Shown here one piece after another: positions 1 to 23,061 of a DNA stretch of 64,000 nt. Each line of letters starts with the position of its first letter. Position 1 is the first letter of the stretch. Origin of the DNA: Eledone cirrhosa (lineage: Eukaryota). Both the position numbers and the translations under genes were made by a program. The DNA lies in NCBI GenBank assembly GCA_964016885.1, contig OZ024742.1:212102001-212166000 (forward strand). Direction: 5' to 3'. The notes beneath the pieces are model-generated. The model did no database searches and was not told where the DNA came from. It saw only the letters and a list, made by a program, of their open reading frames with translations.

Positions 1-59
1 GAGAAGACCCGCCTTACCTAAATATATAGTAAAACCTACTCCAGCCAGTAGGCATCCCT

Positions 60-425
60 AACAAAATACACCCCGTCCCACCACCCCCACCCCTACCCCA
101 TCCACACCACCCCGTTCTATGTAAAGTTATGTTGGTGCCGCGCCATCGAGGCCGAAACAAATGAGATCGTGTAGGTGTCACGACAAAAAAACACACAATC
201 CACGCTGTAATGTGGCCGTGTAGGCAACACGGTAAAAACCTCCCAGACCCACACTGTAAATGTGGTTGGTGTTAGGAAGGGCATCCAACTGTAGAAAACC
301 TGCCAGACAGTCCTATGCGAGCAAGACAATCACTCTTGCCTCAAGTGGGACTACCCCCGTCCAAACCCATGCAAGCGTGGAACACGGACGTTAAACGTTG
401 ATGATGATGATGATGATGATGATGA
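60..425 (+). mobile_element. Non-autonomous retroelement/SINE ending in an RTE-type 3' tail with (GAT)n
   Basis: Contains gttaggaagggcatccaactgtagaaaacctgcc and ends cccatgcaagcgtggaacacggacgttaaacgtt(gat)n. A diverged homologue lies at 22620-22960 and the same tail ends the RTE LINE fragments in this window. Confidence 0.65.
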
Positions 426-456
426 TACATATATATATATACATATATATATACAT

Positions 457-3282
457 AGTGGGGTTGCTCTGTATATCCGTGAAGATGTCACACCAATTGT
501 ACTGTTGACACATTCAAACTCAGTCTGTGACACACTGATAATACATATGAAGCAACTACAGACAGTAATATGTGTCACATATCGGCCGCCCGATGCCCCC
601 AGTCATGAGGGTAAATTTGAGGATAGCCTAAGTAGGATAGAATAGGTCCTTGACAAACTGGACCAGAGTCTCAACATTCTACTGCTGGGAGACTTCAACC
701 TACCAAAGGTCAAATGGCCTGAGGGCTACCTCCTCCCTGGAATGACGTCAATAGAACAGAGACAGACGGAATCCCTGCTGGCCCTCATACACAGGCTGTT
801 CATGGAGCAAGCAATACTCCTTCCAACAAGAGGCGAAAATGTCCTGGACCTCTGTTTTACAAACAACGAAGTGCTCATCCACAATGTAAAGGTGACACCA
901 ACAATTCTCTCGGATCATAACTTAGTAGAGCTAATGATATGTGGTCCAAGAGAACCAACAGAGACAAAACCACCAAGAAGCTCCGGGACGCTATCCAGCC
1001 TTAACTTCTACAAGGCTAACTGGAAAAAGATTAAGAGTGAAATCCGGAAGCAAACATGGAGTGAAAACACTGCCACACAAGACACTAACACACAATTTCA
1101 ACACTTCATGACAACGATACACACTATATGCAAAAAGTTTGTCCCGGAGAAAGAGGCAAACAGACACAAAAATCTTATTCCCAGAGATAGGAAAATCCTT
1201 ATGAGACGTAGAACTAAACTCTCAAACCAGTTGAATAGTCAACTAAACAAAAAGAAGGAATCCTATTTGAAACATGCACTACTTGACACCGAAATTGCAC
1301 TCAAACTTTCCCATGAGAATGAGAGGGCAAAGAAAGAGAACAGGGCCATAGAAAACATTAAAACAAACCCCAAGGCCTTCTTTAAATTTGCAAAAGAAAC
1401 TGCCTCAGTACACTGCAAGATTGGGCCACTCTTCCACACGGACAGTTCATTAACCGAAAACCCCCAAGAGATATGTGAAATACTGAACGAACAGTACAAA
1501 AGTGTGTTCACATGTCCACTGAGGCACATGCAAATAACGAAGCCAGAGGAGTTCTTTGATGCCACAACACTACATGAAGAAATGGCAACCATCAACCACA
1601 AACACATAACGGAGGAGGATGTGGTGTACGCCATTGATGAAATTAGAACAGACTCGGCTGCTGGACCTGATGGATTCCCAGAAGTTCTCTTAAAAATATG
1701 TAAGCGGGCCTTAGCAACTCCACTGAAGATGCTCTTCAGAAGCTTCTTGGCTAGCGGTGTACTACCCAGGGAGTTGAAAGAAGGCACAATATGCCCTATC
1801 CATAAAGGAGGTAGTAGAGCGGAGGCCAAGAACTATGGGCCAGTCTCCTTGACGTCGCATATCAGTAAGGTCATGGAGCGAGTCGTCAGAAAGAAACTAA
1901 TTACTTTCCTCGAGGAAAATGACCGCCTGATTAGCACGCAACATGGCTTCCGCCCAGGAAGAAGCTGCCTTACACAGCTGCTACATCACTACGACTGGGT
2001 ACTGAGACAACTACTAGACAGCTCACATGTGGACGTGATATATCTTGACTTTGCGAAGGCCTTTGACAAGGTTGACCACGGAATGATATTTGACAAGGTC
2101 GACCACGGAATGATATGTCACAAACTACACAGACTCGGCATAACTGGAAAAGTAGGTGAGTGGCTGCATGGATTCCTAAGGGACAGAAGCCAGGCAGTCG
2201 CAGCAAATGGGGCCCTCTCGAGGGAAACACCGATAACAAGTGGGGTGCCCCAGGGGACAGTCCTGGGACCACTACTGTTTTTGGTGGCTCTCTCGGACAT
2301 GCCCTCTGTGGTGCATGCAACAACATACCTCACTAGCTATGCTGATGACACTAAGGTAGCACAGGCAATCAAAAACCCGGCTGACGCTGCCCTCTTACAG
2401 CAGGATCTGGATGCCATATACAAATGGGCGGAAGAAAACAACATGCAGTTTAATGCTGGCAAATTCCAAGCCCTACAATACAAACCTACAAACACAAATA
2501 TAGTGGAACACAGCTACACAGGACCAGGAGGGACCGATATCCCCGTGTCAAAATCGATACGAGACCTGGGCATAGACATGAGCAATGATGCATCTTTTTC
2601 TTCACACATCATGAAAGTGGCGACAATGTGCAGTCAACTTGCTGGCTGGATCTTGAGGACTTTCCGGACAAGAGATCGAGACACCATGTTGACACTGTGG
2701 AGGACTTTTGTCCTAAGCCGCCTGGACTACTACTCCCAGTTGTGGTCACCCCATAGTGTCAAACTAACCACGGCGCTTGAGGCAACCCAGCGAAGCTACA
2801 CCAAGAGGATTGCCAAGAGGAGGGAGACAAGCTACTGGGAGAGGCTAAAGGAACTGAACCTCTACTCTTTGGAGCGAAGACGGGAGAGATACGCAGTGAT
2901 CTACATGTGGAAAATCCTGGAGGGACTAGCACCAAACTTTGGCATTGGGAGCTGGACCAACCGTCGAACAGGACGTCACTGTGTGGTGCCAAAGGTCCCG
3001 TCTTCCACATCTAGAATAAGGAGCAGGTATTGCAATAGCCTGGGATTCAAAGGCCCTCAACTCTTCAACAGGCTGCCGAGGGATCTGAGAGACTTGCATG
3101 ACGTGGAGGTGGATGTCTTTAAGAAACATCTCGACACCTTGTTATCCAGGATCCCGGATGAGCCCACAGAAAGACACGAGGGAAACCAAAGGGCAGCAGC
3201 ATCAAACTCCTTCTTACACCAGGGCCAACCTATACAGGCTGGAGATAAAATGTGTAGCCACAAGGGCGATGCCCCAGCATAG
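457..3282 (+). pseudogene. LINE ORF2 (APE endonuclease + reverse transcriptase), disabled
   Basis: The frame of the 742-3282 ORF continues upstream to 457 (SGVALYIREDV...YRPP...GDFN) but has a TAG at 643-645. The endonuclease N-terminus is missing and there is a 27-nt in-frame duplication in the RT. Confidence 0.88.
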
Positions 3283-3315
3283 CCTCAGCCGGATGGCTGA
3301 AACAGGTAAAAGAGA
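457..3315 (+). mobile_element. 5'-truncated CR1-clade non-LTR retrotransposon (LINE) inserted in an (AT/AC)n tract
   Basis: APE endonuclease motifs (GVALYI, YRPP, GDFN, LDL, SDH), RT motifs (YLDFAKAFD, GVPQGTVLGP, YADD), a CR1-like C-terminus (LYSLERRR) and a 3' stem-loop tcagcc-ggat-ggctga. Microsatellite lies on both sides. Confidence 0.92.
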
Positions 3316-3322
3316 ATATATA

Positions 3323-3382
<60 letters not shown>

Positions 3383-3725
3383 CATACATATATATACGTA
3401 CATATATATATACATACATATATATACGTACATATATATACGTACATATATATATACATATATATATACATACATACATACATATATACATACATATATA
3501 CATACATATATATATACGTACATATATATATATACATACATATATATACGTACATATATATACGTACATATATATACATAATATATATACATACATATAT
3601 ATATATACATATATATACGTACATATATATACATACATATATATATACATACATATATATATACATACATATATATATATACATACATATATAATATTAT
3701 ACATATATAATATATTATATACATA

Positions 3726-3774
<49 letters not shown>

Positions 3775-3835
3775 ATATATATATATTATATATATATATA
3801 TACTATACATATATATAATATATATATATATAGTA
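3316..3835. repeat. (AT)n/(ATAC)n microsatellite
   Basis: Direct reading of the sequence. Confidence 0.98.
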
Positions 3836-4035
3836 NNNNNNNNNNNNNNNNNNNNNNNNNNNNNNNNNNNNNNNNNNNNNNNNNNNNNNNNNNNNNNNNN
3901 NNNNNNNNNNNNNNNNNNNNNNNNNNNNNNNNNNNNNNNNNNNNNNNNNNNNNNNNNNNNNNNNNNNNNNNNNNNNNNNNNNNNNNNNNNNNNNNNNNNN
4001 NNNNNNNNNNNNNNNNNNNNNNNNNNNNNNNNNNN
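3836..4035. other. Assembly gap (200 N)
   Basis: A run of exactly 200 N, the look of a fixed-size scaffolding gap. Confidence 0.99.
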
Positions 4036-5940
4036 CACTGCAAGATTGGGCCACTCTTCCACACGGACAGTTCATTAACCGAAAACCCCCAAGAGATATG
4101 TGAAATACTGAACGAACAGTACAAAAGTGTGTTCACATGTCCACTGAGGCACATGCAAATAACGAAGCCAGAGGAGTTCTTTGATGCCACAACACTACAT
4201 GAAGAAATGGCAACCATCAACCACAAACACATAACGGAGGAGGATGTGGTGTACGCCATTGATGAAATTAGAACAGACTCGGCTGCTGGACCTGATGGAT
4301 TCCCAGAAGTTCTCTTAAAAATATGTAAGCGGGCCTTAGCAACTCCACTGAAGATGCTCTTCAGAAGCTTCTTGGCTAGCGGTGTACTACCCAGGGAGTT
4401 GAAAGAAGGCACAATATGCCCTATCCATAAAGGAGGTAGTAGAGCGGAGGCCAAGAACTATGGGCCAGTCTCCTTGACGTCGCATATCAGTAAGGTCATG
4501 GAGCGAGTCGTCAGAAAGAAACTAATTACTTTCCTCGAGGAAAATGACCGCCTGATTAGCACGCAACATGGCTTCCGCCCAGGAAGAAGCTGCCTTACAC
4601 AGCTGCTACATCACTACGACTGGGTACTGAGACAACTACTAGACAGCTCACATGTGGACGTGATATATCTTGACTTTGCGAAGGCCTTTGACAAGGTTGA
4701 CCACGGAATGATATTTGACAAGGTCGACCACGGAATGATATGTCACAAACTACACAGACTCGGCATAACTGGAAAAGTAGGTGAGTGGCTGCATGGATTC
4801 CTAAGGGACAGAAGCCAGGCAGTCGCAGCAAATGGGGCCCTCTCGAGGGAAACACCGATAACAAGTGGGGTGCCCCAGGGGACAGTCCTGGGACCACTAC
4901 TGTTTTTGGTGGCTCTCTCGGACATGCCCTCTGTGGTGCATGCAACAACATACCTCACTAGCTATGCTGATGACACTAAGGTAGCACAGGCAATCAAAAA
5001 CCCGGCTGACGCTGCCCTCTTACAGCAGGATCTGGATGCCATATACAAATGGGCGGAAGAAAACAACATGCAGTTTAATGCTGGCAAATTCCAAGCCCTA
5101 CAATACAAACCTACAAACACAAATATAGTGGAACACAGCTACACAGGACCAGGAGGGACCGATATCCCCGTGTCAAAATCGATACGAGACCTGGGCATAG
5201 ACATGAGCAATGATGCATCTTTTTCTTCACACATCATGAAAGTGGCGACAATGTGCAGTCAACTTGCTGGCTGGATCTTGAGGACTTTCCGGACAAGAGA
5301 TCGAGACACCATGTTGACACTGTGGAGGACTTTTGTCCTAAGCCGCCTGGACTACTACTCCCAGTTGTGGTCACCCCATAGTGTCAAACTAACCACGGCG
5401 CTTGAGGCAACCCAGCGAAGCTACACCAAGAGGATTGCCAAGAGGAGGGAGACAAGCTACTGGGAGAGGCTAAAGGAACTGAACCTCTACTCTTTGGAGC
5501 GAAGACGGGAGAGATACGCAGTGATCTACATGTGGAAAATCCTGGAGGGACTAGCACCAAACTTTGGCATTGGGAGCTGGACCAACCGTCGAACAGGACG
5601 TCACTGTGTGGTGCCAAAGGTCCCGTCTTCCACATCTAGAATAAGGAGCAGGTATTGCAATAGCCTGGGATTCAAAGGCCCTCAACTCTTCAACAGGCTG
5701 CCGAGGGATCTGAGAGACTTGCATGACGTGGAGGTGGATGTCTTTAAGAAACATCTCGACACCTTGTTATCCAGGATCCCGGATGAGCCCACAGAAAGAC
5801 ACGAGGGAAACCAAAGGGCAGCAGCATCAAACTCCTTCTTACACCAGGGCCAACCTATACAGGCTGGAGATAAAATGTGTAGCCACAAGGGCGATGCCCC
5901 AGCATAGCCTCAGCCGGATGGCTGAAACAGGTAAAAGAGA
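4036..5940 (+). mobile_element. Second copy of the CR1 LINE 3' part (same as 1411-3315)
   Basis: Offset 2625, with identical translation including the private 27-nt duplication. It starts exactly at the gap edge. Confidence 0.9.
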
Positions 5941-16548
<10,608 letters not shown>

Positions 16549-17762
16549 GGTGGCTGCCAACTCGTTTTCGGGTACGGGCCACTACTTTATATCCATGTAG
16601 GAGAACTCCTACCGATGCGCTGAACGAGTGTGACTTTTTAGTCCAGCCAGCGACTTGAAAACTCTGGTACAAACACTACACCTGTGACAATTATTAACAC
16701 ATAGTTCTGGGTCCTGGGCATCATGTGACGACAAGTGCAGAGAGATCTCCAGATATAATGCAATGCCAGTGCCGTGAAGCTTTTATAGTGAGCAAAGGCA
16801 CTGCACAAAGCCAGTCCCACTCTCTTAACCAAGATGATATTTACCAAAAAGAAGAACAAATCAACATCATTGGATACCATCAGGGTTGCAGGTGTTATAT
16901 CAGAGTTTTCCTTCTCCTAGAATTCTGCCTTGACAAAGGCTAAGGGGTCATCTCTCAATATATACATACATGTACATATACATACATACATACATACATA
17001 TATGCATACACATATGCATACACATATACATACATATATATGTACATACATATATATATACATATATATGTACATACATATATATATACATATATATATA
17101 CATACATATATATATACATACATATATATATATACATACATATATATATACATACATATATACATACATACATATATACATACATACATGGTGGCTGCCA
17201 ACTCGTTTTCGAGTACGGCCACTACTTTATATCCATGTAGGAGAACCCCTACCGATGCGCTGAACGAGTGTGACTTTTTAGTCCAGCCAGCGACTTGAAA
17301 ACTCTGGTACAAACACTACACTTGTGACAATTATTGACACATAGTGCTTTACCCTTGATACCATGTGACGACAAGTGCAGAGAGATCTCCAGATACAAAG
17401 CAATGCCTGTGCCGTGAAGCTTTTATAGTGAGCAAAGGCACTGCACAAAGCCAGTCCCACTCTCTTAACCAAGATGATATTTACCAAAAAGAAGAACAAG
17501 TCAACATCATTGGATACCATCAGGGTTGCAGGTGTTATATCAGAGTTTTCCTTCTCCTAGAATTCTGCCTTGACAAAGGCTAAGGGGTCATCTCTCCCAG
17601 TGATTTTGGATGGCCATTGACTCTTATGAGCTCCTTTGCCCTTTGACAGGTTTTGTTTTTAGTCCTGCAGGATGTCCAAAGTCACCCTCCTCACCAAGAA
17701 ACCTTGGTGGGGTTGCCAGTTTAGTCGCCAACGACCCGACCATGAGACAGGTTGTACTGGGA
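16549..17762. repeat. Tandemly duplicated ~390-bp segment (16549-16937 and 17190-17596, second copy extended to ~17762); right part resembles an RTE-type 5' UTR on the minus strand
   Basis: Two direct copies separated by microsatellite. The minus-strand motif ctaggagaaggaaaactctga is recalled from RTE 5' regions; that family assignment is tentative. Confidence 0.6.
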
Positions 17763-18038
17763 TACATGTATATACACATATATATACATATATATATATA
17801 TATATACATATATATACACATATATACACATATATACATATATATATACATATATACATATATATATATATACATATATATACACATATATATATATATA
17901 CATATATATACATATATATACATATATATATATATATATACATATATATACATATATATATATATATACATATATATACATATATATATATACATATATA
18001 TACATATATATATATACATATATATACATATATATAGC

Positions 18039-18071
<33 letters not shown>

Positions 18072-18180
18072 CATATATATACATATACATATATATATAT
18101 ATATATACATATATATACATATACATATATATACATATATACATATATACATATACATATATATACATATATATATATAC

Positions 18181-18257
<77 letters not shown>

Positions 18258-18493
18258 CATATATACATATATATACATATATATACATATATATGTATAT
18301 ATATATGTTATATATATATGTATATATATATATATGTATATATATATATGTATATATATATACATATATACATATATATACATATATATACATATATATA
18401 TACATATATATATATATATACATATATATACATATATATATACATATATATATACATATATATATACATATATATATATATACATATATATAC

Positions 18494-18542
<49 letters not shown>

Positions 18543-19555
18543 CATATATATATACATATATATATATACATATATATATACATATATATATACATATATA
18601 TATATACATATATATATATATACATATATATATACATATATATATACATATATATATACATACATATATATATATACATACATATATATATACATATATA
18701 TATACATATATATATATATACATATATATATACATATATATATATATACATATATATACATATATATATATATACATATATATACATATATATGTACATA
18801 TATATATATATATACATATATATACATATATATATACATATATATACATATATATACATATATATATACATATATATACATATATATACATATATATATA
18901 CATATATATACATATATATATACATATATATATATACATATATATATACATATATATATACATATATATACATATATATATACATATATACATATATATA
19001 TACATATATATATACATATATATACATATATATACATATATATACATATATATATACATATGTATACATATATATACATATATATACATATATATATACA
19101 TATATATATACATATATATACATATATATACATATATGTACATATATATACATATATATATATACATATATATATATACATATATATACACATATACACA
19201 TATATACATATACATATATATACACATATACACATATATACATATATATATACATATATACATATATATATATACATATATATATACATATATACATATA
19301 TATATATACATATATATATACATATATATACACATATATATATACATATATATACATATATATACATATATATATATATATATACATATATATACATATA
19401 TATATATACATATATATATATATACATATATATATATACATATATATACATATATATATATACATATATATACATACATATATATACATATATATACATA
19501 TATATATATACATATATATACATATATATATACATATATATATATACATATATAC

Positions 19556-19602
<47 letters not shown>

Positions 19603-20606
19603 CATACATACATATATATATACATATATATATATAATATACATATATATATACATACATATATATATATACATATATATATACATATATATATATATAC
19701 ATATATATATATACATATATATACATATATATACATATATATATACATATATATACATATATATATACATATATATACATATATATATACATATATATAC
19801 ATATATATATATACATATATATATACATATATATACATATATATACATATATATATACATATATATATACATATATATACATATATATACATATATATAT
19901 ACATATGTATACATATATATACATATATATACATATATATATACATATATATACATATATGTACATATATATACATATATATACATATATGTACATATAT
20001 ATACATATATATATATACATATATATATATAAATATACATATATATACATATATATACATATATATACACATATATACACATATACATATATATATATAC
20101 ATATATATACACATATATATATACATATATATACATATATATACATATATATATATATACATATATATACATATATATACATATATATATATATACATAT
20201 ATATACATATATATATATATATACATATATATATACATATATATATATATACATATATATACATATATATATATATATACATATATATACATATATATAT
20301 ATATATACATATATATACATATATATATATACATATATACATATATATATATACATATATATATATACATATATACATATATATATATACATATATATAC
20401 ATATATATATATACATATATACATATATATATATACATATATATATATACATATATATATATACATATATACATATATATATATACATATATATATATAC
20501 ATATATACATATATATATATACATATATACATATATATATATACATATATATATATACATATATATATATACATATATATATATACATATATACATATAT
20601 ATATAC

Positions 20607-20637
<31 letters not shown>

Positions 20638-20666
20638 CATATATATATATACATATATATATATAC

Positions 20667-20699
<33 letters not shown>

Positions 20700-20730
20700 C
20701 ATATATATACATATATATACATATATATAC

Positions 20731-20761
<31 letters not shown>

Positions 20762-20880
20762 CATATATATACATATATATACATATATATATATACATAT
20801 ATATACATATATATATATACATATATATATATACATATATATATATACATATATATACATATATATACATATATATATAT
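17763..20880. repeat. (AT)n/(ATAC)n microsatellite
   Basis: Direct reading of the sequence. Confidence 0.98.
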
Positions 20881-21120
20881 ATACATTTAGAAACACACAG
20901 ATACATGCGGACACACACATATATACATGAATGCATCCGCACCCAACTGTGAGTTAAGGGTGCCAACTTCACCGATGTTGCTCAATGAATGACTGGGACA
21001 GACCAATTCAGTTTGAACCAGACTGAACCAGTATCAGAGTTAAAAATACATTATGAAGAGAGAAGAAACATTTAGATATAATTAGTAATAAAATGTATCA
21101 TACCTAAACTGTTCCTAAAT

Positions 21121-21208
21121 TCCTCGACTACGTAGTTTCGTGGCATAAACAAAAACAATATATCAAAGATATAGAGTCCTTGCGAGGTCTGCCGACTTAT
21201 CAAGAGGA
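21121..21208 (-). ncRNA. Type I hammerhead ribozyme, U3:A8 variant (inverted copy)
   Basis: Reverse complement of 21754-21841, lying within repeat B. Confidence 0.8.
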
Positions 21209-21753
21209 TACCTCATTTTACTAGTCTCAAGAACGCGTCCACACGACGTGAGAAAGAATCCCAAAAGGCGGAGGGGGAGATAGTCACGCGATATAACGGT
21301 CGAGAAACAGAACTAAGCCTCTTATAACCACGAAAAAAATACCACGGAGGCGGAGGAAACTGAATTGGTCTGTCCCAGTCATTCATTGAGCAACATCGGT
21401 GAAGTTGGCACCCTTAACTCACAGTTGGGTGCGGATGCATTCATGTATATATGTGTGTGTCCGCATGTATCTGTGTGTTTCTAAATGTATTAATAACTCC
21501 CTCTGGTCGAGCAATCTTTGAAGTGTGGGGACAACTGGAAAGCTTCCATTACTCATACTTCTCGCCTTCTTCACTACCTCTTCTACGGCCTCGATATGAA
21601 TACCCCCTCCGCCTCCGTGGTATTTTTTTCGTGGTTATAAGAGGCTTAGTTCTGTTTCTCGACCGTTATATCGCGTGACTATCTCCCCCTCCGCCTTTTG
21701 GGATTCTTTCTCACGTCGTGTGGACGCGTTCTTGAGACTAGTAAAATGAGGTA

Positions 21754-21841
21754 TCCTCTTGATAAGTCGGCAGACCTCGCAAGGACTCTATATCTTTGAT
21801 ATATTGTTTTTGTTTATGCCACGAAACTACGTAGTCGAGGA
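21754..21841 (+). ncRNA. Type I hammerhead ribozyme, U3:A8 core variant
   Basis: Stem I TCCTC/GAGGA; core TTGATAA (21759-21765); stem II GT(c)GGCA/TGCCAC; GAAA (21823-21826); stem III within the palindrome ACTACGTAGT; GUC cleavage triplet ending at 21836. Confidence 0.8.
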
Positions 21842-21910
21842 ATTTAGGAACAGTTTAGGTATGATACATTTTATTACTAATTATATCTAAATGTTTCTTC
21901 TCTCTTCATA

Positions 21911-21916
<6 letters not shown>

Positions 21917-21957
<41 letters not shown>

Positions 21958-21958
21958 C

Positions 21959-22007
<49 letters not shown>

Positions 22008-22028
22008 CATATATATACATATACATAC

Positions 22029-22059
<31 letters not shown>

Positions 22060-22126
22060 CATATATATATATACATATATATATATATACATATATATAT
22101 ATACATATATATATATATACATATAC

Positions 22127-22166
<40 letters not shown>

Positions 22167-22610
22167 ATACATATATATACACATACATATATATATATAT
22201 ACATATATATACACATACATACATATACATATATATATATATACACATACATACATATATATATATATATACACATACATACATACATATATATACATAT
22301 ATATATACATATATATACACATACATACATATATATATATATATACACATACATACATATATATATATATATACACATACATACATATATATATATATAT
22401 ACACATACATACATATATATATATATATACACATACATACATATATATATATATATACACATACATACATATATATATATATATACACATACATACATAT
22501 ATATATATATATACACATACATACATATATATATATATATACACATACATACATACATATATATATATACCAATATATACATACATATGTATATATACCT
22601 ATATATATAT
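21917..22610. repeat. (AT)n/(ATAC)n microsatellite with a ~26-nt higher-order unit
   Basis: Direct reading; repeated acacatacatacat(at)n units. Confidence 0.95.
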
Positions 22611-22619
22611 ACAACCAAA

Positions 22620-22960
22620 CATACACCCCAACCCACTACATCCTCCCACTCCTGACAACACCACCCTTTCTCTATAAAGTTATGTTGGTACCACAACATC
22701 CAGTCCAAACTAATGAGATCGTGTAGGTGTTACGACAAAAAAAAACAGTCTGCACTGTAATATGTCTGTGTAGGTAACAGTTGACAGTCCACACTGTAAA
22801 TGTGGTTGGTGTTAGGAAGGGCATCCAGCCATAGAAAACCTGCCAGATAGTCCTATATGAGCGAGGCACAGTCACCCGACCAATCTTACCTCAAGTGGGA
22901 CAACTCCCGTCTAACCCATGCCAGTGTGGAAGGTAGACGTTAAATGATGAGGATGATGAT
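22620..22960 (+). mobile_element. SINE-like element with RTE tail (homologue of 60-425)
   Basis: Shares aatgagatcgtgtaggtgt, aggaagggcatccagcc and the acccatgcc...ggaaggtagacgttaaatgatga tail. Confidence 0.65.
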
Positions 22961-23061
22961 ACATATATGTATACATATATATACATAACACACACACACA
23001 TATATATATACACACACATATGTACACATACATATACACACACACACACACATATATATTT

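Larger units (their letters stand above)
20881..21916. mobile_element. Non-coding hammerhead-bearing retroelement (retrozyme/Penelope-like), interleaved inverted repeats A-X-B-A'-Y-B'
   Basis: 20881-21014 is the reverse complement of 21357-21490 (134 nt), and 21046-21356 is the reverse complement of 21606-21916 (311 nt). It is CpG-rich, has no RT/GIY-YIG ORF and is flanked by TA microsatellite. Confidence 0.75.

Noticed and set aside
1263-1829. 188-aa antisense ORF in the LINE
   Set aside because: Shadow frame of ORF2 with no independent motifs.
3285-3303. agcc-ggat-ggct-gaaac resembling hammerhead stem II + GAAAC
   Set aside because: No CUGANGA core upstream; better explained as the LINE 3' recognition stem-loop.
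16617-16672. ctgaacga...gaaaac..gta hammerhead-like words
   Set aside because: Core spacing is wrong and stems I/II do not pair.
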